This document shows positions 42,113-55,971 of a stretch of DNA of 64,000 bases, piece by piece (positions within the stretch are counted from its first letter, which is position 1; every line of letters begins with the position of its first letter). The DNA is from Octopus vulgaris (taxonomy: Eukaryota): the NCBI GenBank assembly GCA_951406725.2, contig OX597832.1, positions 60,574,001 through 60,638,000 on the forward strand, read 5' to 3'. A program made the translations under genes and the position numbers. The notes under the pieces were generated by a model. It saw only the letters and a program-made list of their open reading frames with translations, was not told the DNA's origin and did no database searches.

Positions 42113-42223
42113 GCTATATATATATCAAAAATTAGGGAATGTAATAAATAAAATCCAGGCTTACATAAAGACTGCTTGAAGCTTACTATTTTCCTACAAG
42201 TTGATCTTTTCATCTTACCTTTA

Positions 42224-42259
<36 letters not shown>

Positions 42260-42262
<3 letters not shown>

Positions 42263-42566
42263 GCAGTATCGCCTGGCGTTGCTTGGGTTTGTAAGGGAAA
42301 TGACTATATATGCATTTTTAGAGAGTTACTTCCCTTTTATAACCCGAGCAAAAATCATTAAAAATGCGAAAAAATGATGGAAAATTTTTTTTTAAATCGT
42401 AGACTCATCGTAGATGCGTGCTAATACCCAGAAGGGCTCGATATGAATGACGATTATAAGATACCCGCTTTTGGTTAAACTGCACCGCAAAATGTGGGAG
42501 TAGTTAGGAATCTAAATCGGAGTAGACAGAGTCTCACACACACAACTTCAATTTTATATATAAAGA
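42260..42566 (-). mobile_element. Non-autonomous Helitron-like element (~307 bp) inserted in (TA)n
   Basis: Minus strand begins A|TCTTTATATATAAAA and ends with a GC-rich subterminal pseudo-hairpin (CCCAAGCAACGCCAGGCG) then CTAC|T, a variant of the CTRR end. There is no TSD and the insertion site is A|T. Confidence 0.7.
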
Positions 42567-42575
42567 TATATATAA

Positions 42576-42965
42576 GCAGGCTTAGCTGTGTTGGTTAAGA
42601 TGCTCACTTTGCAACCAAGTAGCTTTCTTGTTCAATCTCGATCCATGGTACCTTGAGCAAGTGTCTTCCACTACAATGTCGGGCTGACCAGTACATTTCC
42701 AGGTGAAACTGGTAGAGGAAAACTGTGTGGAAGCCCACCGTATTTCTACGTGTGTGAGTGCGAGTGTGTCTTTCTTTCCACCACCACTTGACAACTATTG
42801 TTGGTTTGTTTATGTCCCTAGTAGTTCAGCAAGAGAAACCAATACATTAAGTACCAACTACGCTTTAAAAAAGAAACAAACAAAAAAAAGGACTGTGGTC
42901 AATTTGTTTGACTAAAGCTTTCAAGGCAATGCCCCAGAATGGCCACGGTTTCAATGACTGGAAAC
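42576..42965 (+). mobile_element. Degenerate family A-related SINE
   Basis: Shares CCTTGAGCAAGTGTCTTC, CTTGACAAC and AATGACTGGAAAC blocks with family A. Confidence 0.6.
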
Positions 42966-45112
42966 AGGCACAAGGTATATTCGAGTGTGTGTGTGTGTGC
43001 ACAAAATGTGTTGGGGGTGAAGAAGTAAAGGAAGGAAAGAGGAAGAGGAAGAACATATAGGAAGAAACAAAAATGTATACATTGATGAAGGCGGCGGCGA
43101 TGGTGGTAAAGGTGCTGGGAGGAGGAGGAGAAGATATAGAAGGCAAAAGACAATGACCTCAATGTTTTCTTCTCTACGTATCACTGCCTCTCCCCTCCTT
43201 TCCTCCCTACCCCTCTCTATTTCAGTCTTCCACTCCCCCCTCCCCCAACCTGCCCTTCCTCTTCCTTCTACTCACAGACAGCACTGAGCTCTCTTTTGTA
43301 ATGATGGAGAAGATAAAAGAGGCATTTTTGTTGTTGAGGCAGCCTCATCACTTATCTTTCTGTATGTGTGTATGTATGTGTATATATGTATGTACGTGTG
43401 TATGTGTCTAGCACTATGCTTGTATATGTATAATTCTCAGTGTATTTATGCGTACGTATGTCTACCTCTATGGCTGTGTATGCATGTACCCCTCCACATA
43501 CTTCACTGTGTGTGTGTGAGAGCACATGTATGTCATTATGTATGTGATTGCATATGTCTAATTCTCAGTTTGTGTGTATGTGTATGTATGTATATGCTTG
43601 TATATGTATAATTCTGAATGTGTATATATGTGTACCTCTATAGTTGTGTGTGTATGTATGTCCTGGCATACATATAATTCTGTGTATCCTTCTGCATAGT
43701 TCAGTGTGTGTTAGTGTGATGTGTGTGTGTGTCAGTGTTGATGTGTGCGTATATGTATGTATACCTACTAATGTGTAAGTATATACCTATGTTATGTATA
43801 CCTGTGTGTGTGTGTGTGCATACAGCTTTGTGTATCTGTAGCTGTGTGTGTGTGTGTGTATGAAGGTGTATGTTACATGATGAACTTGGCTGATGTTGCG
43901 GTGGGAAGTTAAGAGAAAAAAGCGATGGGGGTGGCGGCAGGAGGTAAGAGGCAAGGGAGGCTGGGGTGTGGGGCTTGTCGCTGGCAGGTTTTTCTTAGCA
44001 AACTTTACAGTCTGTCAGTCACACTACACACACACACACACACACACAACGCAATTACGGGTGTGCATCTGTGTATGTAATTGTCTCCTGTTTGTGTAAG
44101 ATACAATTACACAAACACACACGTACATTATACACATACACATATACATACATTACGCACACATATTTATATATATATATATATATATATGTAATACATA
44201 TGACAGACCATTGCATACATAAACATGTACACACAAACACACACATACACACACAAACTTACTTTCACACATTCACAAACGCCAACAAAAAGCAATTATA
44301 GTCAGCCATACACATTCACACACACACACACACACATGGACAGTTTACACACAAGCTCTTAATTATACATACACACACATACACTCACAAGCATACAAAC
44401 AAGCAGAAAGAAATGCAAAGGTGTTCCACAAGTAAGGCAGCATTTAAGCATGATTTACAGTGGAAAACTTGACAGACCTTTGGGACACATGATTAGAGTT
44501 TTCTTACAAAATGTGGCTTGTGCTGAGCAAAGATAGGAGGAGGAGGAGGAGGGGGTAGTAGACAGAGGAGATTGTGTAAGGAAGTAGCAAAACTGCTGGA
44601 GGGGTAGGCAGTGATGAGATGTGTGTGTGTGTATGTGTGTTTGTGTGTGTGTGTGTGTGTGGTGTGTTTGTGTGTGTGTGTGTGTGGTGGGAGCCCATTC
44701 CAGGCTGGGAAGCATGAAGAATGCTGCTTTCTTGGAGTTAGAGAGAGAACCCGGGATGGTAGGGAGTAGGGGAGGGACAGAACGTGGTGGGGGGAGGTAG
44801 GGGTTGAATGGCGGGAGTGTTGTGTGTGTATCTGTGTGTGTGTGTGAGCATGCGTGCTTGTAATTAATTGTTGTGTACAGGAGTGACGGCACAAATCTCA
44901 TGACATATATGCCTATGTACACACACACACACACATGGATATACATACACTCAAGCAAAAACACACACACACACACACACAGGGATATACACACATGTGT
45001 AAACACACAAACAGGTACAGGCATAAGATTTACAGGTACACACACACCCATAGGCATGCAAAGTTACTTCATATATATATATATATATATACATACACAT
45101 ATATATACATAC

Positions 45113-45145
<33 letters not shown>

Positions 45146-46054
45146 TGCCACCTACAATTAAAGATTATGTTATCAAACGGTTATTGTTATCAAAATTTGT
45201 GGGTGCCCAAACATGTTCAATATGTTGCTATTTTGTCTTTTTAATTGCTACAGCTGTTTATTGTTATCTACAAAGCTCTGTTCCAAAATGATTACAGCAA
45301 CCAACTTCCACTGCATGCATGCGTGTGTATAGGCCATCTAACCAGTCCCGGCATGGAAAAGCAGAGGTAAGAATGACAGTAATAATGATGGAGCACTATA
45401 CGACATTATATCATATGATATAATACACTATATATATATAGGGTAAGTCAGTCAGTGAAGGGAATGGAGTAGGTAGTTATGTAATACATATGTTTCAAAG
45501 GATGTACAGAACAAGTATTATGCAACTTTAACGTACTACACAATGTTCCTCTTTTACGACCATGAACAAGTAGGTAAGTACCCAAGAAGAAGGAACACTG
45601 AACATCTATGTAGCATCTTAGAGTTACGTGATAGCTGTCTGGTAAATCCTTTGAAACATAGGTTCTATGAAACTACCTATTCATTTACTGAGCTTGTCTC
45701 TCTGCCGTGTGTGTGTGTGTGTGGTTGTCTAAGTATTTGAGAGGAGTTGTATATGTGTGTGTGTGACTGGCTGTAATTGTTTTTCTTGGTGTGTACATTT
45801 TGTGTTTATGAGAACATGTCTATGTATACTTGTATTCGTATCTCCTCCCTCTCTCATTACTCATCCAACATCTGCCACAAAGTCATCTCCCCTGGGCTCA
45901 AACATACCCAACTGAGTGGAGAGGGTATTTCTTTTTCATGTAAGTTACCTCAAGAGCTTACCAGTACCTGTACCATGAAAATAAGCACCCAGTAATTAGT
46001 GTAAGGCAGTTGGAATTAGAAAGGGCTCCAGCCACCAGAGACACCATACCGAAG

Positions 46055-46197
46055 CTTCCATCTACCAAATCCACTCACAAGGCTTTGGTCAGCCCAAGGC
46101 TACAGTAGAAGACTCTTGTCCAAGATGCCATGCAGTCGGACTGAACCTGGAACCATGTAGTTGGTAAGCAAGCTACTTACGCAGTCACTCCTACGCC
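46055..46197 (-). mobile_element. Family A SINE, 5' half (back-to-back with the family B copy at 46259)
   Basis: Reverse complement of the family A head and core. Confidence 0.7.
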
Positions 46198-46258
46198 TAT
46201 ATATATATATAGATATATATATATATATATATGTCATACACATTATGTATAATGTGTA

Positions 46259-46475
46259 AGGCAGCGAGCTGGCAGAATCGTTAGCACACCGGGCGAAATG
46301 CTTAGCAGTATCTCGTCTGTCTTTATGTTCTGAGTTCAAATTTCGCCTAGGTCGACTAAGCCTTTCATCCTTTCAGAGTTGATAGATTAAGTACCAGTTG
46401 CGTACTGGGGTTGATCTAATCAACTGGCCCTCTCCCCTAAAATTTCCGGCCTTGTGCTAAGAGTAGAAACGAATT
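46259..46475 (+). mobile_element. tRNA-derived SINE family B (Nin/Deu-domain-like; resembles octopus OR1/OK)
   Basis: GGCAGCGAGCTGGCAGAATCG head, GAGTTCAAATT B-box and the GCCTTTCATCCTTTC...GAT...TAAGTACCAG central block. More than 10 related copies occur in the window. Confidence 0.8.
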
Positions 46476-47029
46476 ATCCATAATGTGTGCACATGCCAAT
46501 ATGTAAGATAAAGTATGTTGCTATATGGAAACATGGCTGCATTTTTCCATTAATGTTTGTATGTGTCCATGTGCGTGTATAAGGTGCTGGGGGTTTTTTA
46601 GCCCCAGGGCAGCTGTGACTGAGTGGAGCTATGAATAAGGGTCACGATGATCACCCTGTCATATGACATGTCTGGAATGACAATGGTTGACCCGTAATTC
46701 TTTTCTTCTTAAGAGTTCCCTGTGTGAACATTTTGTCATTTAAGCAGACATAAATACTGCATCCAAGATTACATTATCTAATATGGACTTCCTTATTTAA
46801 GATGGTAAAAGATGATTCGAGAGACTTTGACTGATATTTCTAGGAAGCTGAAAGACTACTTACAGTCACCTGCAATGGATGAGGGAGACATGGTATCAAG
46901 TACAGTGTGTGTGTGAGTGCACGTGTATGTACACGTGTAAGAAGTTGATCATATGCGTCTGTATGTAGAAATGAATTTAAATGCATGTATATGTGTGAAG
47001 AAATTAGAAAGGGTGAAAGCTAGAGAACA

Positions 47030-47075
<46 letters not shown>

Positions 47076-47754
47076 GATGGTTTGGGGATTGGTTGGTATG
47101 CTGGGAAGTAAATCGTCCTGGACCTTATCTTAACAGCAGCATCAATTTACCAAAGTGCCAACACTAAGAACTGTCTTGGGTTGCAATAACAAACCTCCAC
47201 CACCACCACCATCGCTGCTGTAATGATCACAACAACAACAACAGCATTAACAAACACACATTTCCTAAGGTTTTTTTTTTTTCCTTTCCAAGTCGGACAG
47301 AGCTAAATGGATGAAAGGAAAGCTAAGCTGGAGCTATCTAATAGCAAATTTCGCTCTAAACATTGCTAAATTTGGGTAGCGGAAAGAAATCTCCCTTCAC
47401 ACAAACTCTATCTCTCTCTCTTTTTCCTCCTCTTTCTCTCTCGCTTTTTCTCTACCCTTCACACCTGACACACATTCTTCTTAATCGTCAATTGAGGCAC
47501 AAACACACACACACACATATATACACACAGCTGTAACCATTCATGTACACCTCTTACCCTCTCATGCTTCAACCCTCCACACGCGTCTCAAAATCATTCC
47601 TCTCTGCAATCACAGAACACACATACGCACACACACATATTTATATATAAACATATTCACAGATGTAATCATTCATGTACATGGATTCTATTTCTTTACA
47701 CACACACACACACACAGAAACATACTCATTCAACATGTACACAAATACATACAC

Positions 47755-47786
<32 letters not shown>

Positions 47787-47864
47787 TTTAAGTAATTTAT
47801 TTTACTCAAAATATGCCCCTTCCAACCTCGTTACACACCAAATTTTCACACATACACATACCTA

Positions 47865-48065
47865 TTTCTTTACTACCCACAAGGGACTAAACACAGAGGA
47901 GACAAACAAGGACAGACAGACGGATTAAGTCGATTTTATCGACCCCAGTGCGTAACTGGTACTAATTTAATCGACCCTGAAAGGATGAAAGGCAAAGTCG
48001 ACCCCGGCGGAATTTGAACTCAGAACGTTAAGACAGACGAAATACAGCTACGCATTTCGCCCGAC
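47865..48065 (-). mobile_element. Family B SINE (young subfamily with a different 3' end)
   Basis: CGACCCTGAAAGGATGAAAGGCAAAGTCGACCCCGGCGGAATTTGAACTCAGAACG with CpGs retained. Confidence 0.8.
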
Positions 48066-49007
48066 ACACACACACACACACCCACATCCATCCCATCCTT
48101 CCAGTCAATGAGAGGAGCTTTTCTGTGCTGACACAATTAACTAGAAATAGCAGCCTAATCTCCTAAAAGCTTTAAAGAGAAAAAAAAAAGAACAGGAAGT
48201 GTACATTATGATATAGTTGATGTTACACCATTAGCGAAACAAACACAATGCAGGATGGTCGTGATTGGAACGCCATTAATTGTGGGTCTACTCAAGACTA
48301 ACCTGAGGCCAAACCACAGCAACATCAAAAACAAAGAAACATACTGAAATCGCCATTCTTGTTTTTGTTAACACAGATATTTCTTTATGGAACCACTGTC
48401 CAGTTTGACCCCTGTCCAAACTCAAACCAGTTCTGTAATATCACAAGACGGTCCAAATATCCACAGTGATTCCACCCAAGTGATTTATGACAACCACCAC
48501 AGGTCTTAGAATGCTCTCATCCAAGTGTGTCACCACAAATGCAGTGGAATTGTCATTACGTGGATGATAGTGTTGACCCTTCTCCCTCCATGAAACACAC
48601 ACACAAAAGAGATGTATGGAGTAGTCATGTATCTCCTCTACAGCATGAGGCTTGTTCCTGTTCCTAGACCATATTATAACTTCAGGATGCCTGGCATAAA
48701 AACCACATCTGCTCAATACCACTCCACTTCTATTATCTCTACAGATTTTCCATACAAATTATAGCTTATGCTGATTTTGTCACAATGTTTCATGTATGAG
48801 ACGGCGTCTCAGATGTGAAACACTGTGATAAAACCAGCACTGGCTGTAATTTCTATGGAAAATCAGTAGACATGACCTTACCATGTGATTTAAGAGCACT
48901 GCTAACAGAGTAGTACATGGGATTGACTTATGAAATAAATCTTTTAATGTACTTTGTAGCACGTTAAGGTCGCATAACGAAATGCTGTGTCCCCAAAAAG
49001 TCATTAA

Positions 49008-49233
49008 CCCTTTTGATACCAACCCGGCCAAAAACGCCTCTGGCTCTGTAGTACAAATGGCTTACTTTCATAAGTATTGAATTAAATAAAATCTTCCACC
49101 AAACCTTAGTCACAACTTACGTTCCCAACACTAGTTTAATGAAAACTAAGTTCCTTTACTAAATTCTTTGTTATATTTAAAATTAATTGAAAGAAATACA
49201 GAGCATCTCAAAATAAATACAGTAACAAAAGGG
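49008..49233. mobile_element. piggyBac-type MITE (226 bp) with TTAA target-site duplication
   Basis: TTAA|CCCTTTTGATAC ... GTAACAAAAGGG|TTAA: imperfect TIRs with CCC/GGG ends and a TTAA TSD, characteristic of the piggyBac superfamily. Confidence 0.85.
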
Positions 49234-49569
49234 TTAATACTCCACCTCTCAGTTGAGGGGTTTTTGTCTTGCGGGTTTCTTGATGACTTCATTAGGGCCG
49301 ATGGGACAATAAATGCACCCAGTACAAACTTGAAATCTATTGTTACCAAATTCCTTTTAAAATACACGCTACTGTTATTTAGATACATTTATGAAATTCA
49401 TTAGAAAGGAAAAGAATTTATTAGAGTTATACCAATGCTGGCGTTGGGCAGCAACATAGCAGAATTGTTTGCATGTCAGGCAAAATGCTCAACTGGCATT
49501 TCATCTTGTCTTCATATTCTGAGTTCAAATTCTCCCGAGGTCCACTTTACTTCTTATCATTTCAGGGGT

Positions 49570-49902
49570 CCAGTCCCACTGTGTGGCATCGTGGGCAAGT
49601 GTCTTCTACTATAGTCTCAGGCCGATCAGAGCCTTGTGAATGGATTTGGTAGATGGAAACAAAAAAGCCCGTTGTGTATATCTATCTGTGTGTGTGTGTG
49701 CGTGTGTGTGTGTGTGTGTTCATCCCACAACCATTGCTTGACAATCGATGTTGGTATGTTTACATCTTAATAACTTAGTAGTTTGGTAAAAGACACCAAT
49801 AGAATAAGTACTAGGCTTACAAAGAATAAGTCCTGGGGTCAGTTTGCTTGACTAAAGGTGGTGCTCTGGCATGGCCACAGTCAAAATGACTAAAACAAAT
49901 AA

Positions 49903-49905
<3 letters not shown>
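49570..49905 (+). mobile_element. Family A SINE, 5'-truncated and fused to a family B head
   Basis: CAGTCCCACTGTGTGGCATC...AGAATAAGTACTAGGCTTACAAAGAATAAGTCC. Confidence 0.75.
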
Positions 49906-49960
<55 letters not shown>

Positions 49961-50301
49961 ATATATCTATATATGTATGTATATATATCTTTGGCTTTGT
50001 AAGGTCAACAGATATTAATTGAGCATGAAATCAATAATTACTTAATCAATTTAATTAAACACAAGGTCAGCAGCATTTTCTATGAAGTATCTTAACAACA
50101 TTGAATGTGGTTGCAAAAAAAAAAAGCAAAAAAAAACAACAAACTAAAAACCCATTAGCATTTTATATCCAATATCAAGTGATACAGTAAATAACTTCTT
50201 CGCTAATTTCAGGCCATCCAATCTACCTTTTACTGAATTACAGATTAAGTGGCTGAGTATACATGCACTCAGAATGAGAAAGCTCTAGATGTATATAGAT
50301 A

Positions 50302-50743
50302 TAGGCATGGTTGCTTCCCAACCACATGGTTCCAGGTTCAGTCCTGCTGCATGGCACCTTGGGCAAGTGTCTTCTACAATAACCAAAAGTTGATTAAAGC
50401 CTTGTGAGTGGATTTGGTAGATGGAAACAGAAAGAAGCCCACCATATATGTATGTGTGTGTGTTTTTTGTCTCTGTGTTTGTATCCACCCCACCAACCAC
50501 TGCTTGACAACTGGAGTTGGTTTGTTTACATCCCTGAAACTTAGCCTACTGGTCTCTTTTGCTGAGTCAATTCATTTGACTAACAGATTCTTCAAGTCAG
50601 TGCCCCAGCAAGGCCGCAGTCTAATGACTGAAACCAGTAGAAAATAAATGCTATATACAACTATCTATGTGTGTACATATGTGTTGTCTAGAGCTTAGGG
50701 TGTTTGGTTTACAATCAGAAGGTCTTGAGTTCAATTCCTGGAC

Positions 50744-50795
<52 letters not shown>

Positions 50796-51010
50796 ATATG
50801 TTTGTGTGTCTGTTTTTGTCCCACCAACATTGCTTGACAACCAATGCTGGTGTGTTTACATTCCTGTAACTTAGTGATTCGGCAAAAGAGACCGATAGAA
50901 TAAGTACTAGGCTTACAAAGAATAAGTCCTGAGGTTGCTTTGCTCGACTAAAGGCAGTGCTCCAGCATGGCCGCAGTCAAGTGACTGAAACAAGTAAAAG
51001 AGTAAAGAGT
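50302..51010 (+). mobile_element. Two adjacent family A SINE copies (degenerate 50302-50645; 3' half 50783-51010)
   Basis: Matches the family A core and tail. Confidence 0.7.
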
Positions 51011-51619
51011 ATGCATGTATAGGGGTCTAATTGTGTGTATTTGGAATTAGTAGAATTGCGTACTCATTGAATTATAAGCATTAAAAGACTAAAACATACA
51101 TCCCACAGTCACTTGTATCCTTAGCATAACATAATCTACATAACATAATAACAGGCAGGGTTATAATTTGAGGCAGGTTTAGCTGCCATTTCTAGCTAGC
51201 TGAACAACAACCATGTAGAAAGTCCCTCCTTGTAACATGTACAGAATAACTTTCCTTCATTTGTTTTTGTTTTTCTGTTTTTAAGGTTATGATTCAGAAA
51301 GTTTTTCTCTAGTGAAAACTGACTGACTTTACTTCTGGGTAATGTAAAACGATCTTGGAGAAAGAAAATCTCGCAATTAGAATCACCCCCAAAACACACA
51401 AAAATTAGATTTCTGGTTCAGGTTTTTTATTGTGTGTTTTTAGTTTGGTTTACGTCTTGTTTTCTTTCTCTTTTTTTGCCCTTCATTTACTCATTTCTGT
51501 ATTTATTTCGGGTCTTTTTTCTTTGCTCCTCAGAATAGGTAAGAGATACAGATATAATTACAAAGTGCCACAAGAATGTATGTGTGCGTGTGTGTGCTTG
51601 TATATGTGAATGCATGCAT

Positions 51620-51650
51620 GTATTTGTGTGTGTGTGTGTTTGTGTTTGTA

Positions 51651-51702
<52 letters not shown>

Positions 51703-51738
51703 TTTGTGTGTGTGTGTATATATATATATATATGTCTT

Positions 51739-51800
<62 letters not shown>

Positions 51801-51842
51801 TATATATGTCTGTGTGTGTGTGTATATATATATATATATGTC

Positions 51843-51875
<33 letters not shown>

Positions 51876-51902
51876 GTCTGTGTGTGTATATATATATATG
51901 TC

Positions 51903-51933
<31 letters not shown>

Positions 51934-51938
51934 GTCTT

Positions 51939-51972
<34 letters not shown>

Positions 51973-52035
51973 AGTCTGTATGTGTTTGTGTGTGTATATA
52001 TATATGTGTTTGTGTGTGTTTGTATATATGTGTGA
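51620..52035. repeat. Higher-order (TG)n(TA)n-TC compound microsatellite
   Basis: Repeated TGTC(T)-(TG)n-(TA)n units. Confidence 0.9.
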
Positions 52036-52621
52036 GTGTAGCCCAAGAAACTAAAATCTCGACACTAACAAGGCTTTCACCCTCTCATCTTTTCTCTCTC
52101 CTTTCATTTACATCTTCATACATCCTGCATCTTACATGCGTTTTTTTTTTATGTGTTTGGTAATAACATAACTAAGTCCTGTGCCTCATTGTACAACTGA
52201 CACTAAGGCATCTTGCAACCATCATCATCATCATCATTACCACCACCACAATCCCATGCCCATCACCATCATACCACAACCACTACCCGCATTCTAAAAG
52301 TCTGTTTATATACAGACTAGCAAAGATATGATGGCTTTACTTAACACAGAACAGCACATCCCTGCTCGGTTACAATGGGATTCTGCTTGTCATGGCATGT
52401 GTTCGAATGTTACGCAGACAACAACCTCAACTGTGGCACGAAATTTTAAAGAAGTACTGGGAAACTTCAACACTGACCCCAATGCTGGACTGGTCCTTAT
52501 TCTATCGACCCTGAAAAGACGAATGGCAAAGTCGACCTCAGTGAAACTTGAACACAGAATGCCACTTAGCATTTTGTCCAGCGTCCTAACACTTCTGCCA
52601 GTTTGCACCTTACAGCTGATA

Positions 52622-53120
52622 ATCATCATCATCATCATCATCATCATGATTTAACGTCCATTGTCCATGCTGGCATGGGTTGGACAGTTTGACTGGAGCT
52701 GGCAAGTTGGAAAGCTGCACCAAGATCCAGTCTGATTTAGCATGGTTCCCTATGGCTGGATGCCCTTCCTAACGCCAACCACTCAAAGAGTGTAATAGGT
52801 GCTTTCATGTGCCACTGGCATGAGTGCCATTCACGTGACAACGTTGTCTGCCAGGACTGTGATTTTGCTCAGCTTGATGGGTCTTTTCTCAAGCACAACA
52901 TAATACCAGAGGTCTTGGTCATTGCCACTGTGGGGCCCAACACTGGAAAGGAGATCAGCCACTTTGCCTCAATGAGGCCCAACACTCGAAAGGAACTCAG
53001 TCACCTCACCTCTGTGAAGCCCAATACTTGAAAGGAACTCAGTCAGTTTGCCTCCATGAGACCCAACACTCGAGAGGAACTCAGCCATTTTGGTTCCGTC
53101 AGGCCTAATTCTCAAAAGGT
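52622..53120 (-). mobile_element. SINE family C with an attached 42-bp minisatellite
   Basis: (CAT)n tail at 52622, core at about 52755-52785, and 42-bp units at 52936-53120. Confidence 0.7.
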
Positions 53121-54829
53121 ACTAATAATAATAGCTTCAAATTTTGGCACAGGGAGTTAAGTCAGTTACACTGACCCAAGTATTAAACTAGTCCTTAAAT
53201 TTATTGACCTCAAAAGGATCAAAGGCAAAGTTGACCTTGGTAGTATTTGAGTTCAGAACATAAGGAGTTGAAAGAAATACCACTAAGAATTTTGTCCGAT
53301 ACGCCAACAACATTTACCAACAGGCTGCCTTAGGCATCATTCATATAATGAAACCAGCTTTGAGCGTTATGCTTTTAAACAGTCTCAACCAACTAAGGAA
53401 CAATATCAAAGTCACTGTTAACATCATTAACAGTCAAGAAACAAATTCAAGGTTTGGTGCTTTAAATGACCTCAACTGTGGAACAAAATCTTCAGTCATA
53501 GAATTTTGAATCAAGCAACCAAGAACATACAATCCCGTAACAAATGTTTTAGGTTTTGGTGGGGCAGGAAGTCCCTAAATGATGAAATAATGCAAGAAAC
53601 CCAGCCAGGAGGGATTGATAATATGGAGTATAAATAGCAATTAGATTTAGTAACTTCTGGGTGCGTGGTTTTTGGTTCAATTCTACTGTGTGGCACCTTG
53701 GGCACATGTCTCCTACTATGGCTCCTGAGCTGACCAAAGCTTTCGAAGTGGATTTGATAGGCAGGAACTGAAGATAGGGCATCAGAGAAGGTGTAAGTGG
53801 AAGAGATAGAGAGAGAATATTCGTGGTAGATATAGGGAGAGAGTATTAGTGGAAGAGAGAGGGTGACACAGATAGAAAGAAAGCAAAGAGTGGAAAGAGA
53901 AAAGTGTCAACAAGAGAGAGGATGAGGAAGAGACAGATGCATATTCAAAAGAAGAAACAGTCATTATGAGAGAGAGAGAGGGGGGTAGAAGTAGTAGAGA
54001 GAGGGAGAGAGACAGATTCAGAGAAATATGAAAACAAGAGGGAGATGGGGAAGAAAAGTTGAGATAAAGGAAAAAAGAGAGAGAGAGAGAGAAAGGGGTA
54101 CGTATAAAGCCCAATAATCATTATCTGTGAAAAGAAATCATCACCATCATCATCATCATCATTGCTATTAATATAATTGTTGTTGTTATTGTTGCAGCAG
54201 TGCCATTGTCAATGTAATTGCACCAGCATCACCCACCACCACGACCACCACCATCAATATTATTATTATCAACTTGTTTTTATACTTGTTTGTGTTGGTT
54301 ATAGTGTTTTTCATTATTGTTATCATCATCATCATCTTCGTAATTGTTCTTGCTGTGTCTGATTCCACCCCCACCACAACCCCTGCTCCACACAGTCCAA
54401 CACAAACTGCAGCCACCACCACCACCATTCCTCCCTGCTACGGTGAACACTGTAGAATAGCAGGAAATTTTCCAAGTGAATTACTCGGCAGAGTGCCACT
54501 TGGAAAACACATGCACGCATACACACACACACACACACACACACATTACTGTGGAATACAAAACAGTCAATAACCCTCACCATCATCATCACCACCACCA
54601 CTACTAATGCTAACTAATACCAACAACAACACCCCCCACCCCATCCCAACCAAGACCACTACCATCAACCCAGCACCAAAACCAAATCCACCGACACCAC
54701 CATAGTCGTGGGGGTGGGGGGGTGGATTGTACAATTCAGATGTAAGAAAGAGAAAACAGACAAATCATATCTATGTGTGTGTATACATGTGTGTGTGTGT
54801 TTGCATGTACATACATATATATATATATA

Positions 54830-54976
54830 GGTGCGGGGATGGCTGTGTGGTAAGTACCTTGCTTCCCAACCACATGGTTCAGGGTTCAGTCCCAATGTGT
54901 GGCACCTACTATAGCCTTGAGCTGATCAAAGCCTTGTGAGTGGATTTGGTAGTAGGAAGCTGAAAGAAGCCCATTG

Positions 54977-55037
<61 letters not shown>

Positions 55038-55236
55038 TTGTGTGTCTGTGTCTTTCCCACCACCTTTGCTTGAAAATCTATGTTGGTGTGTATACATCCC
55101 CGCAACTTAGTGGTTCAGTAAACAAGATCAATAGAATAAGTACTAGGCTTACAAAGAATAAGTCCTGGGGCCGATTTATTCGACTCAGGGCAGTGCTCCA
55201 GCATGGCTGCAGTCAAATGATTGAAACAAGTAAAAG
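54830..55236 (+). mobile_element. Near full-length family A SINE
   Basis: Head, internal (TG)n tract and tail match the 36319 copy. Confidence 0.8.
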
Positions 55237-55971
55237 AACAGATACATACACACACACACACACACCTTCATCATCATCATCATCATCATTTGATGTCCTC
55301 CATTTTCCATACAGGCACAAGCTGAATGGTTTGATAGGAGCTGGCAAACCAGGGGTCTAGAAACACACATGTAGATGTGTGTGTATGTACATACTCATAC
55401 ACACAGGGATAGATAGGAATACATACAATGATATGTACACACTAAGTCACGACAGGTTCTATCAACCAAGTGCACTCGCGAGGCTTTCATTGGTCCAGCA
55501 CTATAGCAGAAGCCACCTGCCCAAGGTGCCATGTAGAGGGACTCAACCTAAAAGCGGGGCTGCCTTAGCAGTTTTATGGCCACCACCTCCTCGGAAAAAT
55601 CAATGCATTGAGCCTTATAGTATATTTTATTGACAGCAAGCTATGATATAAGTAGATCAGAAGTGTGGCCCTAGCCCCGTGAGGCTCCTGAAGCAACTGA
55701 CCAGTGTATTCATGCCTTAAGATGGCCCTGCATGAAACCAATTGGCTGAAAAACAGGCCAATGAACTCTCTGATCCTTACAGACTCTGCTTTTTTAACAA
55801 ACAAGAAGAAATCAGTTCCCATCACAACAAAGTCAACATGTGCTCAGTAAAATTTATTCCAGAATATTCTCAAGAGACTCAGCTTCCATATACCTCCTAG
55901 TCATTCTTCAACAAACCAACAACACAACCTCATTACTATCACTGCCAAAATAAAACAAACAAAAAATATAT

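Noticed and set aside
52930-53120. CRISPR-like periodicity
   Set aside because: The whole 42-bp unit is homologous, there are no unique spacers or cas genes, and the context is eukaryotic.
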